Assembly (NCBI GenBank): GCA_963768425.1
Contig: CAVYHV010000007.1
Span: 1 to 11,344, forward strand
DNA: 11,344 nt
From: Candidatus Bathyarchaeota archaeon
Lineage (GTDB): Archaea > Thermoproteota > Bathyarchaeia > Bathyarchaeales > Bathycorpusculaceae
Direction of reading: 5' to 3'
Positions 7,610 to 11,344 of this stretch are shown piece after piece. Position 1 is the first letter of the stretch. Every line of letters starts with the position of its first letter. The notes beneath the pieces are model-generated. The model was not told where the DNA came from and ran no database searches. It saw only the letters and a list, made by a program, of their open reading frames with translations. The translations under genes were made by a program, and so were the position numbers.

Positions 7610-8902
7610 ATGGCACAAAACTGGATGGAACGAGGCGGCAAAATATTTTTGGAGTTAGCGACAGACTCTCTCAAGGCTGCTGCTGAAAACATTCAGCTGA
7701 AAAAATTTCCACAATCAGTTCAATTTTCCATGGCCGCCATTGAGTATAGCTTTAAGGCAGCTTCACGCTACGTAGGCGTTCCTATAGGGAAGACACATGA
7801 TGTTGCTGAACAATTTGGTGCATTGCTCCAAAAAGTGCCCAACTTGTTTCGTGCTGGATTTTTTGAATTTGTCGAAGTAGGATCCGTTATTCAAACCATA
7901 AGAGAGCTGTCCGAATATGGAATTCCCGATTCGGGAGTTTCGCCTGACGATATTTATGACGAGAACAAATCGAAAGCTAAGTTAGCATTGGCAACGCAAG
8001 CATATGGTTTCTGCTGTAAAATCATAAGAGGAAAAACTCTATCGCAGAGAGACATGAAAAAAGTTGGGATATTGAATGGAGCAGTCGATAATACCCTTGA
8101 CGAAGTTACGTGCGGAGCTGTCAAAAGTCCTTTTACAAAGTATTCGAAAAAAGATTGGGCGGATGCGCTACGACAGAAGGGATACGATTGTGAGGACATT
8201 TCCATATCCTCAATATCCGACAAATACACACTTATATTGAACCCTTTCGGTGAAGAGTACCCGGAAACAGACCTAAACATGCTGTCGTCTTTTAACAAAA
8301 TTGTTGAATATGTTTCGAAAGGCGGTGTCTTTGTTTGTGCCGGCGGTCTATCATTTTGGTATGCTTGGCTTACTCCAAAAACTCCAACTGGAGTATCTCT
8401 AACGAAGGAAGAAGATCGTAGGATTCCGATTTTCGACAGGGGAACTGCAGTTATTAGTTCAATAAAAGTGGAGGGAGAAAAAGTTGTGGTAGAGACAGTG
8501 GCACCGCTTTACAGTGGTCTGTATGGAAAAATGTTTTTCGGTGTTGAAGTTACCGGTAACAATCCCACCCCTGTTCAACTTAAGGAAGATCATGATTTTG
8601 ATGGTTTGCTAAAGCCTTGGGGGCAACCTACAGTAAGTGAATTCAGAGCAACAGTTGGGAGTGCATTTTTACCTATTATTCCTGTAGTACACGCGACTCG
8701 TGGAGAACTTCATTTCTATCCGATTGTAGCTGTGGGTTACATGTTAGGGTATCTGATATCTGCGGGAATAAATCTCAATGAGGACCCTGATGGAAACGCC
8801 TTAAAAGTCACAGTTTCCTCTATAGATATGTTTCTAAAGAACAGGGAAGCGGAGATAAAGGCTTTCAAACAACAAAATACAGCTGAATTGACACCAAAGT
8901 AG
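7610..8902 (+). CDS. HEPN-domain protein fused to a C-terminal class I glutamine amidotransferase-like (flavodoxin-fold) domain
   Basis: Residues about 10-138 show the PF05168-type HEPN pattern (FLELATDSLKAA..F..SV.FS..AIEYSFKA..G...KTHDV..RELSEYG..PDDIYDE..A..A). Residues about 150-415 show KVGILNG..WADALRQKGY..ISDKYTLILNPFGEEYP..IVEYVSKGGVFVCAGG, typical of GATase1/ThuA-like folds. Intact 430-aa ORF. Confidence 0.8.
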   Translation: MAQNWMERGGKIFLELATDSLKAAAENIQLKKFPQSVQFSMAAIEYSFKAASRYVGVPIGKTHDVAEQFGALLQKVPNLFRAGFFEFVEVGSVIQTIRELSEYGIPDSGVSPDDIYDENKSKAKLALATQAYGFCCKIIRGKTLSQRDMKKVGILNGAVDNTLDEVTCGAVKSPFTKYSKKDWADALRQKGYDCEDISISSISDKYTLILNPFGEEYPETDLNMLSSFNKIVEYVSKGGVFVCAGGLSFWYAWLTPKTPTGVSLTKEEDRRIPIFDRGTAVISSIKVEGEKVVVETVAPLYSGLYGKMFFGVEVTGNNPTPVQLKEDHDFDGLLKPWGQPTVSEFRATVGSAFLPIIPVVHATRGELHFYPIVAVGYMLGYLISAGINLNEDPDGNALKVTVSSIDMFLKNREAEIKAFKQQNTAELTPK

Positions 8903-8992
8903 TAACTACAATGAGAATCTCAATTATCTTCTTGCATTTGATAATCCGAGTTAACAATGCTTCGAATAGGCAATAAAACTTGAAAAATAAAC

Positions 8993-9262
8993 TTACTTAA
9001 GATTGAAGGGTTTTCCTTCAGTTACTATTTTTTCAGGAATTTTTGCCTTCCATTTCTTCAAAAAAGGCAAGTCTTCAGCTTCTTTTCGCAGTTCGTCAGG
9101 GAGCATTTCGGGGATTTCATCTCTTATTGGGTACCAGCGCAAACATTTGGGGCAGACGATTAAGCCTTCCACTATTTCGTCTTTTTCTTCGAAAACATGA
9201 AGTTCAAGAGGATGATACTTGTCTATTGGGCAAGCCAAGATTTCCATCAGTTTTCGTTTCAT
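8993..9262 (-). CDS. trm112: Trm112 family methyltransferase activator
   Basis: LMEILACPIDK..PLEL...EIVEGLIVCPKCLRWYPIRDEIPEMLPDELR is the Trm112p signature. Confidence 0.95.
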   Translation of the reverse strand: MKRKLMEILACPIDKYHPLELHVFEEKDEIVEGLIVCPKCLRWYPIRDEIPEMLPDELRKEAEDLPFLKKWKAKIPEKIVTEGKPFNLK

Positions 9263-9298
9263 TTTTCTTCACGAAATAGATAGTTAACGGCTGAGTTA

Positions 9299-10164
9299 TT
9301 AAAACTTGCTTGGCAACGCAGCGACCTGTATATCCAAAGCGGTTTGGTACCAGTTAGGACCCGTACTTCGCACCACACGAGAAAAAGCAAAAATGTAACC
9401 TACGCCTAAACTGTCAAGTTTTTCAGCCACCTTCAACTTGGTTTTCTCAACTGGATTTTCGTTTCCTATTGCATGTTGAAAATCGTAGTAGTGGATCCAA
9501 CCACCAGCTTTCTTGAGCGCTGAAACTGCATAGGGCAGGTATTCGAGGGCTTTTTCAGGCAAAGGCATCAAGACGCGGTCAGCCTTGCCTTGCAGTTGAG
9601 CATTGATTATGTCTTTTGAGTCGCCAAGCAAAGGGATTACTTTACCGTAAACCCTGTTGATTCTAACGTTCTCCTCCATGTATTGAACAGCGGTTGGGTT
9701 AACGTCAATCGAGAACACTTTGGTTTGGCTACGGTTTTGGCGATTATTATGCTAAAGCAGCCGACGCCTGCAAACATGTTAACAACCGTTTCGCCACTCT
9801 TAACTAAGCTTGCAATCCGTGATCGCTCATGCGAAAGTCTGGGTGAAAAATAACATTTTTCAACATCAACCGCAAACACGCAGCCTGATTCTTTATATTT
9901 GGTGATTGTTTTATTTTCGCCCGCCACCAATCTTAGTTGTCTAACTCTAAAATCACCCAAGATGGGACTGGTTTGGACAAAAACAGTTTTCACGTTTCGG
10001 TGGACAGCCATTATTTGGTTTGCTACTGTTTCAGCGTTGACGGTATTGCCGTTTGGCACTTTAATGATTGCTATGTCGCCTATTATATCAAAGGAGTTGT
10101 AAATTTGGTTTAACTCTGCTGAAGAGAAGGCGCCGGAAAGTTTTTTTCGAAGCCTTTTTCTCAA
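9299..10164 (-). CDS. trm5: Trm5/Met-10+ family tRNA methyltransferase, probably Taw21-type aTrm5a (about 288 aa; one frameshift near 9725)
   Basis: SFDIIGDIAII, GDFRVR, KESGCVFAVD..YFSPRL..ER, NMFAGVGCFSI, SIDVNP, ADRVLMPLPE, GGWIHYY. It lacks the N-terminal D1 domain and has PLP instead of NLP (Trm5b/c) or MGY (Taw2). One extra A in an A-run joins ORFs 9637..10164 and 9299..9718. Confidence 0.88.
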
Positions 10165-10243
10165 CTATATATCCTCATTAATAGAAAGGTATTGGAAATG
10201 TTTAAAAGCAAAATACTTTTCTTTGTAGGAAGAGGCGTTTCTA

Positions 10244-10405
10244 ATGGAAAAGTCAGGAATTGTTTACGAATGCATGAGATGCGGGGCAAGAGTGCCATCT
10301 GAAGAACTTGAGCTACGTGGCGGAGAAACAAAATGCATCATCTGCGGCTACAGGATTCTCAAGAAAGTTAAACCGCCAGTAGTTAAACGTGTTCAATCAA
10401 AATAA
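10244..10405 (+). CDS. rpoP: DNA-directed RNA polymerase subunit Rpo12 (P)
   Basis: Not in the ORF track. Translates to MEKSGIVYECMRCGARVPSEELELRGGETKCIICGYRILKKVKPPVVKRVQSK (53 aa): YxCxxCG...CxxCGYRILxK zinc ribbon. Confidence 0.95.
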   Translation: MEKSGIVYECMRCGARVPSEELELRGGETKCIICGYRILKKVKPPVVKRVQSK

Positions 10406-10413
10406 GAAAGGAA

Positions 10414-10464
10414 TACTCGTACTTTTAGCACGAGTAACTCAATTTTTGATTTTTAGTTTATTTT
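10414..10464. terminator. Hairpin plus T-tracts between convergent genes
   Basis: TACTCGT-N9-ACGAGTA (10414-10436) followed by TTTTTGATTTTTAGTTTATTTT. Confidence 0.5.
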
Positions 10465-10750
10465 AATAGATTTCTTTGTCTCCGAGTTTACGCAAAGCTT
10501 TTCCTTTAAGTCTTATTGATTCACCCATGAACTCGTCGTCAAGGTCTTTTTCAACGGTTTTGCGTCTGACAGTTTCGCCGCATATCCCCCGGCAGCAATC
10601 GCCTTTTCATACACATAGAGTATGTGCAGTTTGCAACGTTGCACATTTCTTCTGTCTATCTGCACCAAACTGAGTCTCGTCGGAAAAAAGAACCGTTTTG
10701 GCGCATTTAAAAGAGTTGCATGTTGGGGAACAAGCTTTTGATTGAGCCAA
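10463..10750 (-). CDS. Small Cys-rich (putative Zn-binding) hypothetical protein, about 95 aa, frameshifted
   Basis: GAGGTG RBS then TTG at 10750. Joined frames give MAQSKACSPTCNSFKCAK..RDSVWCR*TEE.CNVANCTYSMCM.RRLLPGD.CGETVRRKTVEKDLDDEFMGESIRLKGKALRKLGDKEIY, stop at 10463. Confidence 0.7.
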
Positions 10751-10878
10751 TAGATACACCTCAATTGTCAAATCAAAATATTTGTTGTTTTGTCCTTGTG
10801 TTTTCTTTATGTTATATGGAAGCCATATAAACTTTTTTCTTATCAGGGAAGAAATTGATATTTAGATTACGGGATTGT

Positions 10879-11344
10879 TTAACTTTTTTTTCGCCTGTAA
10901 ATTTCCACGGTAACGAACAAACTATCTACTATTATTATGATTATGGTTATCAGTGAACTTACTGGCATCAAGAATGACCCGAAAACAACATACCTATCAA
11001 TTTTTATTTGAACGGAAGTTGGCTGATTAACGGTAAGAGTCATAGCTTGATAATCATTTTGTGCTCCTTGAGCAAATGCTACTATTTGCATGTTACCGCC
11101 AATAACGTTATTGAAAGTTGCGGTTCCGTCGCCTTTAGTCATAGCTGAGAAACGCTCTGTTGCCGGCCCATTTAATGTGACATTAGCGTTTGAAATTGGC
11201 TACCGAAGAAGTCAACGACTGAAACTGATACTTGAATGCCGTAGAGGGTCAAAATTTGTTGTTGAGTTTCGCCGAAGACTTCGATGTTTGTTTCGTTAAT
11301 TAAAATGTTGTTTTTATAGATTTGTAACCTGTACATTCCAAAAG
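10879..11344 (-). CDS. 3' end of a membrane-anchored protein with carboxypeptidase-regulatory-like (Ig/transthyretin-like) domains; partial and frameshifted
   Basis: PISNANVTLNGPATERFSAMTKGDGTATFNNVIGGNMQIVAFAQG, then a C-terminal hydrophobic helix and RRKKS. Confidence 0.7.

Noticed and set aside
7954-8298. Antisense or alternate-frame ORFs (also 65..268, 636..833, 2204..2389, 2452..2652, 4147..4425, 5140..5343, 5315..5542, 5536..5742, 5713..5898, 6117..6362, 6366..6596, 6612..6899, 6966..7344, 9003..9279, 9899..10102, 10476..10673, 11090..11299)
   Set aside because: These are shadow ORFs overlapping better-supported genes, with no motifs.
9700-9740. Programmed frameshift in the Trm5-family gene
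   Set aside because: No X_XXY_YYZ slippery heptamer; a single missing A amid widespread indel noise explains it.
10650-10662. In-frame TAG as pyrrolysine recoding
   Set aside because: No pyl genes are visible, and the same gene contains indel errors.
1-11344. tRNA or rRNA genes, or a tRNA-derived att site at the island borders
   Set aside because: No cloverleaf with T-loop and D-loop consensus was found by eye; tRNAscan-SE would confirm.

Overview
Archaeal genomic window, most consistent with Bathyarchaeia (archaeal rpoP, Trm112, a Trm5-family enzyme, TATA/BRE promoters, and a large anchored PQQ-like beta-propeller surface protein typical of that group). Many genes, including conserved housekeeping ones, are broken by single-base indels, probably long-read consensus errors. 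Left part: two secreted PQQ-like beta-propeller genes (minus strand) separated by a decayed DDE transposase. Middle (about 5016-8950): an accessory island with a truncated IS481 remnant, an AT-rich 2TM-plus-beta-rich orphan gene, a complete 1.1-kb IS (imperfect terminal IRs, GCGCGC target duplication) inserted just before that gene's stop codon, and an intact 430-aa HEPN / class I glutamine-amidotransferase-like fusion with no adjacent MNT partner. Removing the IS restores a compact two-gene cassette, the best candidate here for an undescribed defence or conflict system. Right part: trm112, a Taw21/Trm5a-like tRNA methyltransferase, rpoP, a small Cys-rich protein and the 3' end of a membrane-anchored Ig-like protein.
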